Positions 1 to 10,435 of a stretch of 64,000 nt of DNA are shown one piece after another. Source of the DNA: Acutalibacteraceae bacterium (GTDB taxonomy: Bacteria > Bacillota > Clostridia > Oscillospirales > Acutalibacteraceae); contig JAZLLW010000031.1 in the NCBI GenBank assembly GCA_045598305.1, positions 939 through 64,938 of the forward strand, given 5' to 3'. How positions within the stretch are numbered: the stretch's first letter is position 1; each line of letters opens with the position of its first letter. The notes beneath the pieces were generated by a model. That model was not told the DNA's origin. It worked only from the letters and a program-made list of their open reading frames with translations, and ran no database searches. A program made the position numbers and the translations under genes.

Positions 1-1176
1 GTAGGTTGACATAAGGGCTCTGTTCCATAAGGGAGAGCCGGGGGTCTTGTTGAGGGATTCCGCATCCTCGGAATAAGTGGTGAGGTTATAGGTGGGGTAG
101 GATGCCGATGCAAGCACCGCCGAATCCTTACAGCTGAGGACCACTACCGCACCCGCACTGGGTACGATGGCGCTGTATTTGGTATTGTTTACAACGCACG
201 CCTCCGCAAGGGATTCCTGTGCTACCTTCTGAAGACCGGAATTTATGGTGAGTACCACTGTGTTGCCCTGCTCGGGCTCTTTCGTTACCTCGGTGGTACG
301 GTTGCCTTCGGAATCGGTATAGATGGTCTTGACACCGTCCTTGCCCTTGAGATATTCCTCTGCGGCAAGCTCAAGACCGCTTCTGCCGATAATATCGTTC
401 TGTGTATAGCCGAGCTCCTTCTTTTCGGCGTATTCCTCTGCGTTGATTATGCCGGTAAGACCGAGCAGATGGGGAGCGATAGAGCCGTCCGTATAGCTTC
501 TCTCCGGCACGACCTCAACGTCAACGCCGAGGTAGGTGTCGCTGTTTTCCTTGATGAGAGCGATGATTTCGGCGGGTATGTTCTCCGCAAAGGTGTAGGG
601 TGCGGAGGGGCTGAAATATTTATGTTCCATTTCAAAGAATACGGAAGAGATTTTTCTTGCCTCTCTTTTGCCGTATTTCTGAAGCTCGTATTTTTCTATA
701 AGAGCATTAAGACAGTTTTCAGCGGAGGCGTAGTCGTTAAGATTGAGATAATCACGGCTGCGCAGCAGCTTGATGAGATAATCGTTGTCTGCCTTGTAGC
801 TGATTTTTCCCTTTGCGTCAAATTCAAGGGGAAGATTATCTATCCATTCCAGCTTGTTTGCTTCAAGCAGACGGATGAGCGCGCTGACGATTTTATTGCG
901 GTTTTGCTGTTCGCTTGTTGAGGGGAAATACGCCGCGTCAAATACGATTGAATAAGACTGCTCGTTGTAAACGAGTTTTTTGCCGTTACAGTCAACGATT
1001 TCGCCTCTTGCGGCGGTAATGGGAGCGGTTCTTTCGGAAACGTTGGAAACTATGGCTTCATATTCCTTCTGCTCAAAAATCTGAAGCTTGACCAGGTCGC
1101 ACCCCAGGATGCCGAAGAAGATTATGACGAGACAGATGGATGCTATCTGTCTGCCTCTGGATAATTTAAGATGCAT
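1..1176 (-). CDS. mrdA: Penicillin-binding protein 2 / peptidoglycan D,D-transpeptidase, N-terminal part (gene continues past the left window edge)
   Basis: Not in the ORF track because it is open at the edge. Reverse-strand ATG at 1176 is preceded by AAGGAGG. My translation MHLKLSRGRQIASICLVIIFFGILGCDLVKLQIFEQKEYEAIVSNVSERTAPITAARGEIVDCNGKKLVYNE shows a TM anchor and the PBP2-type RGxIxDxNG motif. It lies directly downstream of mreBCD. Confidence 0.75.
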   Translation of the reverse strand, partial: MHLKLSRGRQIASICLVIIFFGILGCDLVKLQIFEQKEYEAIVSNVSERTAPITAARGEIVDCNGKKLVYNEQSYSIVFDAAYFPSTSEQQNRNKIVSALIRLLEANKLEWIDNLPLEFDAKGKISYKADNDYLIKLLRSRDYLNLNDYASAENCLNALIEKYELQKYGKREARKISSVFFEMEHKYFSPSAPYTFAENIPAEIIALIKENSDTYLGVDVEVVPERSYTDGSIAPHLLGLTGIINAEEYAEKKELGYTQNDIIGRSGLELAAEEYLKGKDGVKTIYTDSEGNRTTEVTKEPEQGNTVVLTINSGLQKVAQESLAEACVVNNTKYSAIVPSAGAVVVLSCKDSAVLASASYPTYNLTTYSEDAESLNKTPGSPLWNRALMSTY

Positions 1177-1194
1177 TGATCTGCCTCCTTTACC

Positions 1195-1764
1195 TTACAG
1201 AGTGAAGTCCTTTTCTCTGTAATGATTTTCAATCCACCTGACAAAGAAGAAAATGAGAGGGGAAAGAATGGCGGTGTAAAGCGATGAGACAAAATAAAAT
1301 CTCATGAGCATGAAAAACGATTTATCGAGTCCGGGTGCGATGAAGTGGAATATCCAGTATCCCAGATTATAAATCCCCACGGAAAAGGCGCTGAGTATCA
1401 GATGGGTAATGAAATTGTTTCTCATAATCGTGTTTATGAGAGTGCCGCAGGTATATCCCACGATGACGAGGAATACGGCATTGAAGCTGCTGCCGTCTGC
1501 GGTAATATCCCAGAGAGCGCCTGCAAACAGACCGAAGAGAATACCCGAAATATCCCTCTCATACATAGCGGCTGCCGTTACGAGAGGAATAAGAATCAGG
1601 GCCCGCGTGCCGAAAAATGTGGGGAACAGGCCGTCCGTATTCTGAACTACGGAAAAGACCAGTATCGCCAGGGCAAGCCAGAACCTGCGTATAAAAAGCT
1701 TTTTCTTTGAAATCCGGTCTGACCGGATGGGTTGAATAGTCATATCAGTTTGTCTGTTCGTCAA
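1195..1764 (-). CDS. mreD: Rod shape-determining protein MreD (polytopic membrane protein)
   Basis: 189-aa hydrophobic ORF that overlaps the mreC stop by 20 nt and follows mreB-mreC. The start codon is uncertain. Confidence 0.7.
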   Translation of the reverse strand: MTNRQTDMTIQPIRSDRISKKKLFIRRFWLALAILVFSVVQNTDGLFPTFFGTRALILIPLVTAAAMYERDISGILFGLFAGALWDITADGSSFNAVFLVIVGYTCGTLINTIMRNNFITHLILSAFSVGIYNLGYWIFHFIAPGLDKSFFMLMRFYFVSSLYTAILSPLIFFFVRWIENHYREKDFTL

Positions 1765-2587
1765 ATTCCGTGATAATGAAAACGTCCGTAATCTGTGAGA
1801 AATCTATGCCGGAGGTGATTACGGCGGTGGTGGATGTGTCGGTGGTTGAGTCAACGATATCCGTTACGGTACCGATAATAAGGTCGGGAGGGAATTTGCC
1901 GCCTACACCTGCGGTACATACGAGCGAGCCGATGTTGATTGCGGTGTTGGTGGGAAGACCGGGCATAATGCACTGCCCCTCGCGGGAGTAAGCCACCGTT
2001 GTGGTGACGTAGCTTACCTCACGGGTACGGATTTCATAAGCGCTGACGTTATTGCGCGGATTGAGGATGGTCATTACCGTACACTGGGTGGGAGTGACAC
2101 TGCTGACGACACCTACGAGGTATTTGCCGTAGATGACGGGGTCGTTGACCTTGATGCCGGAAGCGGAGCCCTTGTTGAGCGTGAAGGTGCTGAAGGTGTT
2201 TGCGGGGTCTCTGCCGATGATGGCGGCTTCCGCAAAGCTGTAATCCGTATGCTCCTCACGAAGCTCCAGGAATTCCTTGTAAAATTCATTCTGATGAACT
2301 ACGTCCTCGTAGTCAACGAGCTGTTCCTTGAGTCCGTCTATTTCTTTCTCAAGGGAAGCGACCTTTTCTTTGTAGTAGGATGATGACCTGAAAGAAACGG
2401 GAAGACCTTTGAATTCGGAAACCACGGCACCCGCAAGTCTGTGAGCAGGACCGAAAACCACGCTTGTAATTTTATTGAGAGGGGATGAACCCGAACGGTC
2501 GGCAACGGCGAATACACTGCCCACGAGAAGGGCAGCGATAATTACGCAAAACAGTTTGAAGCCGGTACTTTTGAAGAAACGGGTCAT
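1745..2587 (-). CDS. mreC: Rod shape-determining protein MreC
   Basis: 280 aa with an N-terminal TM segment, a coiled-coil segment (LEKEIDGLKEQLVDYEDV) and a beta-rich C-terminal domain. It sits between mreB and mreD. Confidence 0.85.
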   Translation of the reverse strand: MTRFFKSTGFKLFCVIIAALLVGSVFAVADRSGSSPLNKITSVVFGPAHRLAGAVVSEFKGLPVSFRSSSYYKEKVASLEKEIDGLKEQLVDYEDVVHQNEFYKEFLELREEHTDYSFAEAAIIGRDPANTFSTFTLNKGSASGIKVNDPVIYGKYLVGVVSSVTPTQCTVMTILNPRNNVSAYEIRTREVSYVTTTVAYSREGQCIMPGLPTNTAINIGSLVCTAGVGGKFPPDLIIGTVTDIVDSTTDTSTTAVITSGIDFSQITDVFIITEFDEQTN

Positions 2588-2598
2588 TTTTTATCTCC

Positions 2599-3615
2599 TC
2601 AGATATATTTTTTGCCTGACGTTGAGCCGTTGGGAGTGCCTTCAAGACAGATTCCCGTGCCCAGAGCAACACAGTCGAGAGGTCTCTGTGCCACATAAAC
2701 GGGGATTTTCGTTTCCTCGAAAATGAGCTTGTCGAGACCCTTGATGAGAGCACCGCCGCCAGTAAGCACGATACCCTTGTCTATGATGTCGGAGGAAAGC
2801 TCGGGAGGAGTTCTCTCCAGAGTGCTTCTGATAAGGTCAAGAATCTGAGCGATGGGGTCAGCCATGGCCTCGCGGATTTCCTCGCTTGTTACGTCAATGT
2901 TCTTGGGCAGACCGTCCATAAGATTTCTGCCTTTGATATTCATAGTGCCTTCGCCCTCATACGGATAGGCGGAGCCGATTTTGATTTTGATATCCTCCGC
3001 GGTACGGTTTCCTATAAGCAGATTGTACTTTTTCTTGATGTAGGAAACGATTGCCTCGTCGAGAGCACCGCCCGCAACACGGCAGGAGTTGGCGGTAACC
3101 ACACCGCCCAGGGATATTACGGCAACCTCGGAGGTACCGCCGCCGATATCCACTACCATACTGCCTACGGCTTCGCTTACGGGCATACCCGCGCCGATTG
3201 CGGCAGCCATGGGCTCTTCAATAAGGGAAACCGAGCCGGCACCTGCGCTTTTTGCCGCATCGTGAACTGCTTTTCTTTCAACCTCCGTAACACCCGAGGG
3301 AATGCAGATAAGCACTCTGATTCTGGTGAGAGGATTCTTTTTGATTGTACGCTTGATAAACGCCTCTATCATTTCGGCGGTAATGTCAAAGTCTGCGATT
3401 ACACCGTCCTTAAGGGGCGAAACGGCAACGATGGAGCCGGGAGTCCTGCCTATCATTTCCTTTGCCTCCGTACCCACGGCAACTACCTTGGGGGGAGTGC
3501 TTTTCTGGTCAACGGCAACGACCGAGGGCTCTCTGATGACGATACCCTTTCCTCTGACGTAAACGAGAGTATTCGCGGTACCGAGGTCTATGCCTATATC
3601 CTGAGTCAGTATCAT
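2599..3615 (-). CDS. mreB: Rod shape-determining actin homolog MreB
   Basis: 338 aa carrying the actin-fold phosphate motifs [14 protein letters not shown] and [18 protein letters not shown]. Confidence 0.95.
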   Translation of the reverse strand: MILTQDIGIDLGTANTLVYVRGKGIVIREPSVVAVDQKSTPPKVVAVGTEAKEMIGRTPGSIVAVSPLKDGVIADFDITAEMIEAFIKRTIKKNPLTRIRVLICIPSGVTEVERKAVHDAAKSAGAGSVSLIEEPMAAAIGAGMPVSEAVGSMVVDIGGGTSEVAVISLGGVVTANSCRVAGGALDEAIVSYIKKKYNLLIGNRTAEDIKIKIGSAYPYEGEGTMNIKGRNLMDGLPKNIDVTSEEIREAMADPIAQILDLIRSTLERTPPELSSDIIDKGIVLTGGGALIKGLDKLIFEETKIPVYVAQRPLDCVALGTGICLEGTPNGSTSGKKYI

Positions 3616-3626
3616 TATGCTTCTCC

Positions 3627-4289
3627 TTAGTTTGTAAACTCGATGGTATTGAGAACGGCAACGATATCGTTCATATTGTTTGTCAGGTCCTCTGCGGATT
3701 CAACGTAAACGCGCAGGAGGATGCCGTCTTTTTCAATGTAGATATAACCCATGAATCCGAGTGCGTTTTCGGGCACTTCGGGGATAAATACGCAAATGAA
3801 CTGACGGTCCTTGCCGAGAATCTTTACCTTGCTTTCGGTAATCTTTGCATCGGGATATTTACTCTTGACCGTGTTGAAGATTGATTTTGCATTCGCGATT
3901 TCGTTTGTCATATCCGCATCCGTCTTATACATAATACGGATGTGATTGCCCTTGTCGTCAACAAGGTTTGCATCGTTTGCCGAGCTCTCGTTTTTCCAGC
4001 CCTCGGGAATGGTGATATTGTAAAGGTCATAATAAATCTTGTCGCCGTAAACGATACCGAAATCGGCATCGTGTATCTGAGTGACCTTTTTGCCGTTCAT
4101 ATCGGTAACCACCTCAAGGAAGTCGCCGTTTTCGTTTGTTTCGGGAGTGCCTCCCTTTTCGGTCTTGAGGTTATAGGTTTCGCCGTTATTCTGTGTAACC
4201 TGCTCGGTGCCTCTGTATTTCTTTTTACATCCGGCAAAGCAGCAGAGGATGATTGCAAGAATCGTTAAAAGGGATATTGCTCTTTTCAT
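3627..4289 (-). CDS. Hypothetical lipoprotein
   Basis: 220 aa with a signal peptide and lipobox ([10 protein letters not shown]). I recognise no catalytic motif. Confidence 0.6.
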   Translation of the reverse strand: MKRAISLLTILAIILCCFAGCKKKYRGTEQVTQNNGETYNLKTEKGGTPETNENGDFLEVVTDMNGKKVTQIHDADFGIVYGDKIYYDLYNITIPEGWKNESSANDANLVDDKGNHIRIMYKTDADMTNEIANAKSIFNTVKSKYPDAKITESKVKILGKDRQFICVFIPEVPENALGFMGYIYIEKDGILLRVYVESAEDLTNNMNDIVAVLNTIEFTN

Positions 4290-4312
4290 AATGGTTCTCC
4301 TTTGCGAAAATA

Positions 4313-5905
4313 TCAGCCGTTAAGGGCCTTGAATGCCTTTTTGTTGTTGGCATAGAGAGTCTTGTAAACTTCAAAGTTCTTGTCGTAGACGGGCTTGTTT
4401 GCGGGATCGGGCTTGAAGGTCTTGGTCGCTCTGACGAGCTTCTTTGCTTCCTCAACCTCGTTGATTACGCCCAGACCTACCGCCATGATGACTGCGGCAC
4501 CGACAGCACCTACGTTCTGGGGACTTTCAACGGTTTCAATCGTTCTGCCCGTAACGTCCGCGAGAATCTGGCAGGTAACGTCGCTGAGCGCACCGCCGCC
4601 TACGAAGCGGACGACGTCGGAGGTCTTCGTCTTCTTATCCTGGGTCTCAATGAACCACCGCATGTGGAAGCATACGCCCTCGATAACGGAACGGATGAGC
4701 TCCGTCTTGCCCGTATCAAGACTGATGTTGAAGAACATTCCTCTTGAGTTGGGGTCTTCAAAGGGACAGCGGTTGCCGTGGAGCCAGGGAGTGAAGATAA
4801 CACCGTTGCTGCCTGCGGGAGTTTCGCTGATTACCTTTGACAGATAGTCGTAAAGGGAGGTGTAAACGGCTTCCTTTGACTCTGCAACGTGTTTCTTTTC
4901 AAGGTAGATGCCGATTTCGTCAAGAGCAAGGTGGTCCTTTACCCATTCAAGGCACTTGCCTGCGGTTTCAAGCTCTGCGAAATAGACGAATTTGTTTTTC
5001 TGAGCGCCTACTATGGCGGCAATCATTGCGGAGGTATCAACGATACTCTTGTCAACTACGGTGCCTACCCAGCCGGAGGTGCCCTGATAGATGTGGGTGT
5101 CGCCCATACCTACCGCGCCTGCGCCTACGCCGATGAGGGAAGCGTCACCGCCGCCGCCGAATACAGCCGTACCTTCAACGAGACCGAGCTCTTCGGCTGC
5201 CTGCTTCGTAAGGCCGCCTACCTTGTCCGTTGAGTCAATGACGTCGGGAAGGTGATTGAAGTCAACGCCGAGAATGTCGCACATCTTCTTGCTGAAGCAC
5301 TGCTGCTTGTAATCGTAAAGGAGAGTGCCAAAGGCAGAGTCCTTTGTCATAACGAATTTGCCTGTCATACGGGCAATGAGGTATTCCTTGACGTCAAGCC
5401 ACTTGTGAATCTTCTTGAAATTCTGCGGCTCGTTATCCTTTACCCAGTGATATTTCCATACGGGGTCCTTGACGGAGCAGGAAACCGCGCCGGTGATCAT
5501 AAGAGAGGGAAGAAGCTTTGCAATGTTTGCGCCCGCTATCTGGGGACCGTATGCCATACCCTCTTTTATCTGCTTTGTAGCGCGCTGGTCCATATAGCTG
5601 AATGCTCTGTGAACGGGCTTGCAGTCCTTATCAACAAGGACAAGGCCCTGCATCTGCGAGCAGAATGAAATACCTTCGATCTGTTCGGGTTTTACGAGGT
5701 CTGTCTGAGAAAATACCTTTGCCGTCGTATTGCAGAGAGCGTCCCACCATTCATCCGGGTCCTGCTCTGCTCCTCCTCCGGGAAGAACGTAGAGCTGGTA
5801 GCCCTGCATGGCTGCGGAAATAAGCTTGATTTCATTTTCAATTTCAAAAATGCAGGTTTTTACGCCGGTGGTACCGATATCATAGGAAATAACGTATTTT
5901 TTCAT
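4313..5905 (-). CDS. FGGY-family carbohydrate kinase (xylulokinase/glycerol-kinase-like, substrate unknown)
   Basis: The ORF track gives 4313..5941. I prefer the internal start MKKYVISYDIGTTGVKT at 5905, which is preceded by GAAGGAGG. It has the FGGY N-terminal DIGTTGVK motif and the C-terminal GGGA motif. Confidence 0.85.
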   Translation of the reverse strand: MKKYVISYDIGTTGVKTCIFEIENEIKLISAAMQGYQLYVLPGGGAEQDPDEWWDALCNTTAKVFSQTDLVKPEQIEGISFCSQMQGLVLVDKDCKPVHRAFSYMDQRATKQIKEGMAYGPQIAGANIAKLLPSLMITGAVSCSVKDPVWKYHWVKDNEPQNFKKIHKWLDVKEYLIARMTGKFVMTKDSAFGTLLYDYKQQCFSKKMCDILGVDFNHLPDVIDSTDKVGGLTKQAAEELGLVEGTAVFGGGGDASLIGVGAGAVGMGDTHIYQGTSGWVGTVVDKSIVDTSAMIAAIVGAQKNKFVYFAELETAGKCLEWVKDHLALDEIGIYLEKKHVAESKEAVYTSLYDYLSKVISETPAGSNGVIFTPWLHGNRCPFEDPNSRGMFFNISLDTGKTELIRSVIEGVCFHMRWFIETQDKKTKTSDVVRFVGGGALSDVTCQILADVTGRTIETVESPQNVGAVGAAVIMAVGLGVINEVEEAKKLVRATKTFKPDPANKPVYDKNFEVYKTLYANNKKAFKALNG

Positions 5906-5961
5906 AGGGTGACCTCCTTCATTTTCGGGCAAAATTCGCATTTTACCGATTATAATACACC

Positions 5962-5990
5962 ATTATATATAACTTCTATAAAAAATACAA
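5962..5990 (-). promoter_or_regulatory. Sigma-A-type promoter for the FGGY kinase gene
   Basis: The reverse strand reads TTGTAT, 17 nt, TATAAT (-35 at 5985-5990, -10 at 5962-5967). It lies just downstream of the terminator of the preceding operon. Confidence 0.5.
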
Positions 5991-6004
5991 GATTTTTTTT
6001 GTTA

Positions 6005-6033
6005 ACAAAAAAGCCCGCGGTCTTTCCGCGGGC
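6005..6033 (-). terminator. Rho-independent terminator ending the 13.9-6.0 kb operon
   Basis: Stem GCCCGCGG (6013-6020) pairs with CCGCGGGC (6026-6033). On the reverse strand it is followed by TTTTTTGTT. It sits 11 nt after the symporter stop. Confidence 0.7.
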
Positions 6034-6043
6034 AGATTCATCT

Positions 6044-7477
6044 TTAATTTTCGGCAGACGCTTCTTTTTCGGCTGCTCTGTGCACGTTGAGTTCCTCGTG
6101 CATGACTTCAAGATTTTTCTTGCCGAATTTATATCCGAAGGCGAGCGTGACGAACATAATGAGCAGGGTGATTGCGGGAACGAGGGTGGAAATATCGTAA
6201 ATCTTTGACAGAACGGACGCACTCTGCTGAATGCCGCTTGAGGCGAGCTCCGAATCGTAGCCGATTTTTTCAATCAGCAGGGCGGTACCCGTACCCGCAA
6301 GGGTCTGACCGAGCTTGCGCATGAAGGTGAATACGGAGTAGCAGGTGCCTTCCTCGTGTCTGCCGGTACGAAGCTCGTGATAGTCTATGACGTCCATAAC
6401 GAGCGCCCATACTTCAAGAACGAGGAACGTCATTCCCGCTCCGCTGAGGAAGCAGGCGGCAAGGAATACATAGGGGTTTGCCGCAAGGGAGGTGCCTCTG
6501 ATACCGAAGGCAATGAAGTTTGCGAGTGCGGAGAAGGCAAGTCCAGCCGAGCAGATTTCCTTTTTGCCGAAGCGTCTTATCAGCTTCGCCATAAACGGAA
6601 CGAAGAGAGCCATGGGCAGATAGGTGCTGACGGTGACGAAGGTGTAAAGACCGCCGTTGCCGTAAACGTTGTCAAACAGATAGTTGTAACAGGTCTGGGT
6701 GTAATACTGATAGGCGATGAGAAGCATGGAAACTATGCTGACAACGATGAATTCCTTGTTGCGTACAAGGTCTTTTACCGTTTGGAAGAAATTGTAGTTT
6801 CCGTCCTTCTGTGCGGCGGAAACCGTAACTCTTTCCTTTGTCATCCTGAAGTGGATGAAATAGGTCAGAGCAGAGAAGACGGAGAGCAGGATTACCGCGA
6901 CAAACAGCTTGTTGCCGTCAAAGCTCTTGACACCCGTATTCTCATTGGTGGAGTAAACGATCATGGGCAGTATTATCTGTCCGGGAAGACCGCCGAGGCC
7001 GGCGCCGATGGAACGCCATAAGGAAAGGGATGAGCGTTCGATTTCGTCATCCGTAATAACCGATGCAAGTGAGCCGTAGGGGATATTGGTGCCCGTGTAC
7101 ATCATGCCGTAGAAGATATACGTGACGGCGGCGAGAATGACCACGGTTATGGGGTTTCCGTTCTTGAGGAAGGGAGCAAACATAAGTACCGAGGCAATGG
7201 CGTAAGGAATTGCCGCACCTAAAATGTAGGGGCGGAAACGGCCGTGCTTCGTGGGCTTCCTTGAATCAACGAACGAGCCCCAGATAGGGTCGTTGATTGC
7301 GTCCCAGATTCTTGCCACGAGCAGAAGAATAGCCGCGTGACCGCCTGACATGCCGAGGAAATCCGTGTAGAATTTCATCTGGAAGGTGGTGACTACCGCA
7401 TTGGTCAGCAGACCTGCGGTATCGCCGAGAGCGTAGCCGACTTTGTCTTTGAATTTGATGCCGTGTGTACTTTCCAA
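6044..7477 (-). CDS. Glycoside-pentoside-hexuronide (GPH):cation symporter family transporter (YihO/MelB-like)
   Basis: 477 aa, about 12 TM segments, with a GPH-type N-terminus (KVGYALGDTAGLL...FYTDFLG). Confidence 0.85.
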   Translation of the reverse strand: MESTHGIKFKDKVGYALGDTAGLLTNAVVTTFQMKFYTDFLGMSGGHAAILLLVARIWDAINDPIWGSFVDSRKPTKHGRFRPYILGAAIPYAIASVLMFAPFLKNGNPITVVILAAVTYIFYGMMYTGTNIPYGSLASVITDDEIERSSLSLWRSIGAGLGGLPGQIILPMIVYSTNENTGVKSFDGNKLFVAVILLSVFSALTYFIHFRMTKERVTVSAAQKDGNYNFFQTVKDLVRNKEFIVVSIVSMLLIAYQYYTQTCYNYLFDNVYGNGGLYTFVTVSTYLPMALFVPFMAKLIRRFGKKEICSAGLAFSALANFIAFGIRGTSLAANPYVFLAACFLSGAGMTFLVLEVWALVMDVIDYHELRTGRHEEGTCYSVFTFMRKLGQTLAGTGTALLIEKIGYDSELASSGIQQSASVLSKIYDISTLVPAITLLIMFVTLAFGYKFGKKNLEVMHEELNVHRAAEKEASAEN

Positions 7478-7492
7478 AGTAATCTCTCCTTA

Positions 7493-8224
7493 TTATTTGA
7501 TGAGCAGGGATATTCCGCTTATGAGCATAAGCACGTAAGTGAGCTGAAGGAAGAAGCTCCGGCTCATTTTTTTACAAATCAGATTGCCGACAACCAGCGC
7601 CGCCGCAAGCGCCGCCGTTGAAACGGCTGCAAGCTTTACTGTAGATAGGGTAAAATATCCGTCGTGGATATCCGTGGCGAAAATAATGCCGTTGAGCAGT
7701 ACCCACACAAGACTCAGAGTGCCGCGGAAGGTATTCTTGTCCCTGATTTTACCGCTTGCGTAGGTTACCAGCAGAGGGCCGCCGCATACGAACATTCCGT
7801 GTACGATGCCGCCTATGACCGCCAGAGGGACGGCAACGGGCTCCGGGAGGGGCTTGTCATCTTTTCCCGTATAGAATTTTATTGCGTTCATCACGGCGAA
7901 AACGATGACGGTAACGCCGAGAATAATATAGAGCAGAGAGGGATTTCCCGAGAAATATCTCTTGAGAAAAATTCCCGCTGCCATACCAATGAACATGAGC
8001 CCCGCCATTTTGCCGAATTCTTTTATATCAATGCTTTTGCGGCAGACGATAACTACGTATACCGATGCCAGAAGACCCAGCAGATTGAGGATTGAACGGG
8101 CGGAGTCAAGACCTATGAGCCGTATGGAAAAGGGCATTGCGAGTACCGTACCCGCAAATCCCGTTATGCATTGGATTATGTTTGTAAGGAATACCGTTAC
8201 GAGAAACAGGATTTTCGGGAGCAT
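7493..8224 (-). CDS. TauE/SafE (TSUP, DUF81) family anion exporter
   Basis: 243-aa polytopic membrane protein with the typical TSUP N-terminus (ITGFAGTVLAMP). Its ATG shares one nucleotide with the stop of the upstream isomerase gene. Confidence 0.8.
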   Translation of the reverse strand: MLPKILFLVTVFLTNIIQCITGFAGTVLAMPFSIRLIGLDSARSILNLLGLLASVYVVIVCRKSIDIKEFGKMAGLMFIGMAAGIFLKRYFSGNPSLLYIILGVTVIVFAVMNAIKFYTGKDDKPLPEPVAVPLAVIGGIVHGMFVCGGPLLVTYASGKIRDKNTFRGTLSLVWVLLNGIIFATDIHDGYFTLSTVKLAAVSTAALAAALVVGNLICKKMSRSFFLQLTYVLMLISGISLLIK

Positions 8225-9567
8225 CAGTATTCAAGCACCTCTGTTCCCAGCATATTTCCGAACGCTCTGATACGGGAAGCGATACCGTCGGAGGCAATTA
8301 CAAAATGGGGCTCCCAGCCGTCCTTTACGGCGTTTTCCACAAGGTCTTTTGCGGGTCCGTCCGTTCTGACTACCACGGAAGTGCCGTTGAACTGCTTGGG
8401 CTTGTCAAGTGCTTTGCCCGATGAGAGGAAAAACCTGAACGAGCCGTCGGGATTCCTGCCGATTCTGAAAATCGTTACCTTATCGACGGCTTTACAGCCG
8501 AAATCAAGCGTGGGACCGATTTTTCTGTTGCAGTGAAGACCTGCGCAGGCACCCGTATCCTCCCTTGCCATGGAGCAGGGAGCCATACCGCAATGCCAGA
8601 AGGTGACCGTGTTTTCTTTTTCGTCAAGGGAAACGGGGTCGCCGAAGAATACGCTTCTGCCCGAAAGGAAGGAAGCCGCGAACATTGATAGCGCGCCGTA
8701 GGAATCCGCTTCGCAGGCGCAGGGAATACCCAGGTCGTTGAGTATGCCGAGCACCGCACATACGGGAGTGCCGAAGGCGGTAAAGAAATCGGGCCAGCAT
8801 CTTGATGCGAGAGCACCGATGTTGTTTTCCTTCACGTAGTCGGAATATGCCTTGTAAAGACGGGCAAAATCCGAAACGTTTTGCGGATCGATTTTATCAA
8901 GACCGCAGATTCGCTTTTCCGCATCCGAAAGATAGGGTGCGATATCGTCGTCTGTAAAGGCTTTTGCCTTGTCAATCAGTTCTCTTGCCTCTATTGACTC
9001 CGCCGTAACGCCGAACGCTTTCAGCATATCAAGGTCAAGCGCTCTGCCGAAGCCGAAGCCCTGCGGAGTATGTCCGATCTGGGCAAGCTTCAGCCCCCGC
9101 ATTGCCTTCTTTAACCTTGCGGCATCAATGACCGCGGAGATTTTTTCTTTTACTTCGTCCTCATCGGGAGAGCCGAAAACGTATTCAAAATTCCTGCCGA
9201 AGCCCCGCAGAGTATTAGCCGCCGAAAACGCACCCGTAAGGGAATTGAGACGAAGCCGCGTGCCGTCAATCACGGGCTCACGGAGAGTCCAAAGCAGCAC
9301 CGGGCAGTCAAGGGAAGTGAGAATTTCACTCATATAGGCGGCGTTTGCAAAGGTGAGATTCTGCACGATTGCAAGGTCGGGCCTGAGGGATGAAATATAC
9401 GCTTTGAGCTTATCAACGGTAAGCAGCATTTCGTCGGGAAAGACAACGCACGGGTCAAGCTCCTTCAGCAGAGAAATACTGTCTTCAAAGGCCTTTCCGG
9501 CGCTTTCAAGATGAAACGTGCCGACACCGATCGGTATATATGCGGATCTGAAATCCATCATTATCAC
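8224..9567 (-). CDS. L-fucose/L-arabinose isomerase-family sugar isomerase (substrate unknown)
   Basis: 447 aa with the motif RCWPDFFTAFGTPVCAVLGILNDLGIPCACEADSYGALS. This matches the metal-site region of FucI/AraA-like isomerases. It is a paralog of the gene at 23438..24907. Confidence 0.75.
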   Translation of the reverse strand: MIMMDFRSAYIPIGVGTFHLESAGKAFEDSISLLKELDPCVVFPDEMLLTVDKLKAYISSLRPDLAIVQNLTFANAAYMSEILTSLDCPVLLWTLREPVIDGTRLRLNSLTGAFSAANTLRGFGRNFEYVFGSPDEDEVKEKISAVIDAARLKKAMRGLKLAQIGHTPQGFGFGRALDLDMLKAFGVTAESIEARELIDKAKAFTDDDIAPYLSDAEKRICGLDKIDPQNVSDFARLYKAYSDYVKENNIGALASRCWPDFFTAFGTPVCAVLGILNDLGIPCACEADSYGALSMFAASFLSGRSVFFGDPVSLDEKENTVTFWHCGMAPCSMAREDTGACAGLHCNRKIGPTLDFGCKAVDKVTIFRIGRNPDGSFRFFLSSGKALDKPKQFNGTSVVVRTDGPAKDLVENAVKDGWEPHFVIASDGIASRIRAFGNMLGTEVLEY

Positions 9568-9568
9568 C

Positions 9569-10423
9569 TTACTCGTTTACAATTTTATAGGTTGACCTGA
9601 AATCGTCCTTGCCGAGACCTTCCTTCATGCCTCTTTCGTAAACGGAGAGGATGTTGTCAAGTCCGGGCATAAGCATATCCTGCTCGTCTGCAAGACGGCG
9701 GCAGATATTCAAGTCCTTATTTTCATTTTCAAGAGAAAATGCGGTAGTCCAGTTTTCGTTTTTGAGATTTTCCTTCTGGGATTCAAGGTAGAAATTGCCT
9801 GCACCGCCGTAGGAAACCGCCGTAGCGAAATCGTCAACGGAAATGCCGAGCTTACGGGCAAGTCCCAGAGTTTCGTTTACGCCGTTCTGAATCTGACCGA
9901 CAAGGCAGTTGTGACAGATTTTCATGGCGATGCCCTTGCCGTTTTCACCCATGCGGATAATGTTGCAGCCCATGTATTTCAGTATGGGTTCTATAACGGG
10001 GAAGAGCTCTTCGTCACAGCCGGCGAGAATGCCGAGAGTACCGTTGATTGCGGCGGGCTTTGACTTGACGACGGGGCAGTCCGCAAACTGCGCGCCCTTT
10101 GCCTTTATCATTCCCGCACATTCAAGGGAAACGGAGGGATCAATGGTGCTCATATCAATGCAGATTTTACTGCTGTCAATGTAGGGCAGAAGCTCGGTGT
10201 AAACCGCTTTGACGTGCTCCGATTTGGGAACCATCGTGATAATGACGTCGGCGTTTTTTGCCACCTCGATATTGTCCTCGCAGGGGATTCCGCCGAGACC
10301 TGCCAGCTTTTCCACCTGCGCCTTGTTGATGTCGGAAACGAAGACCTTGTCATCGTGTTTTTTGATAATGTTTTCGCTCATGGATTCGCCCATGATACCA
10401 AGTCCGATAAATCCGATTTTCAT
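9569..10423 (-). CDS. NAD(P)-dependent beta-hydroxyacid dehydrogenase family reductase (HIBADH/YihU/GarR-like)
   Basis: 284 aa with the Rossmann motif MKIGFIGLGIMG and a 6-PGDH-type C-terminal domain. Confidence 0.85.
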   Translation of the reverse strand: MKIGFIGLGIMGESMSENIIKKHDDKVFVSDINKAQVEKLAGLGGIPCEDNIEVAKNADVIITMVPKSEHVKAVYTELLPYIDSSKICIDMSTIDPSVSLECAGMIKAKGAQFADCPVVKSKPAAINGTLGILAGCDEELFPVIEPILKYMGCNIIRMGENGKGIAMKICHNCLVGQIQNGVNETLGLARKLGISVDDFATAVSYGGAGNFYLESQKENLKNENWTTAFSLENENKDLNICRRLADEQDMLMPGLDNILSVYERGMKEGLGKDDFRSTYKIVNE

Positions 10424-10435
10424 AGTATTGACCTC

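Noticed and set aside
469-921. 150-aa plus-strand ORF at the left end
   Set aside because: It is antisense to the PBP2 reading frame. That frame is open across the whole 1-1176 interval and has a good SD sequence, ATG start and TM anchor.
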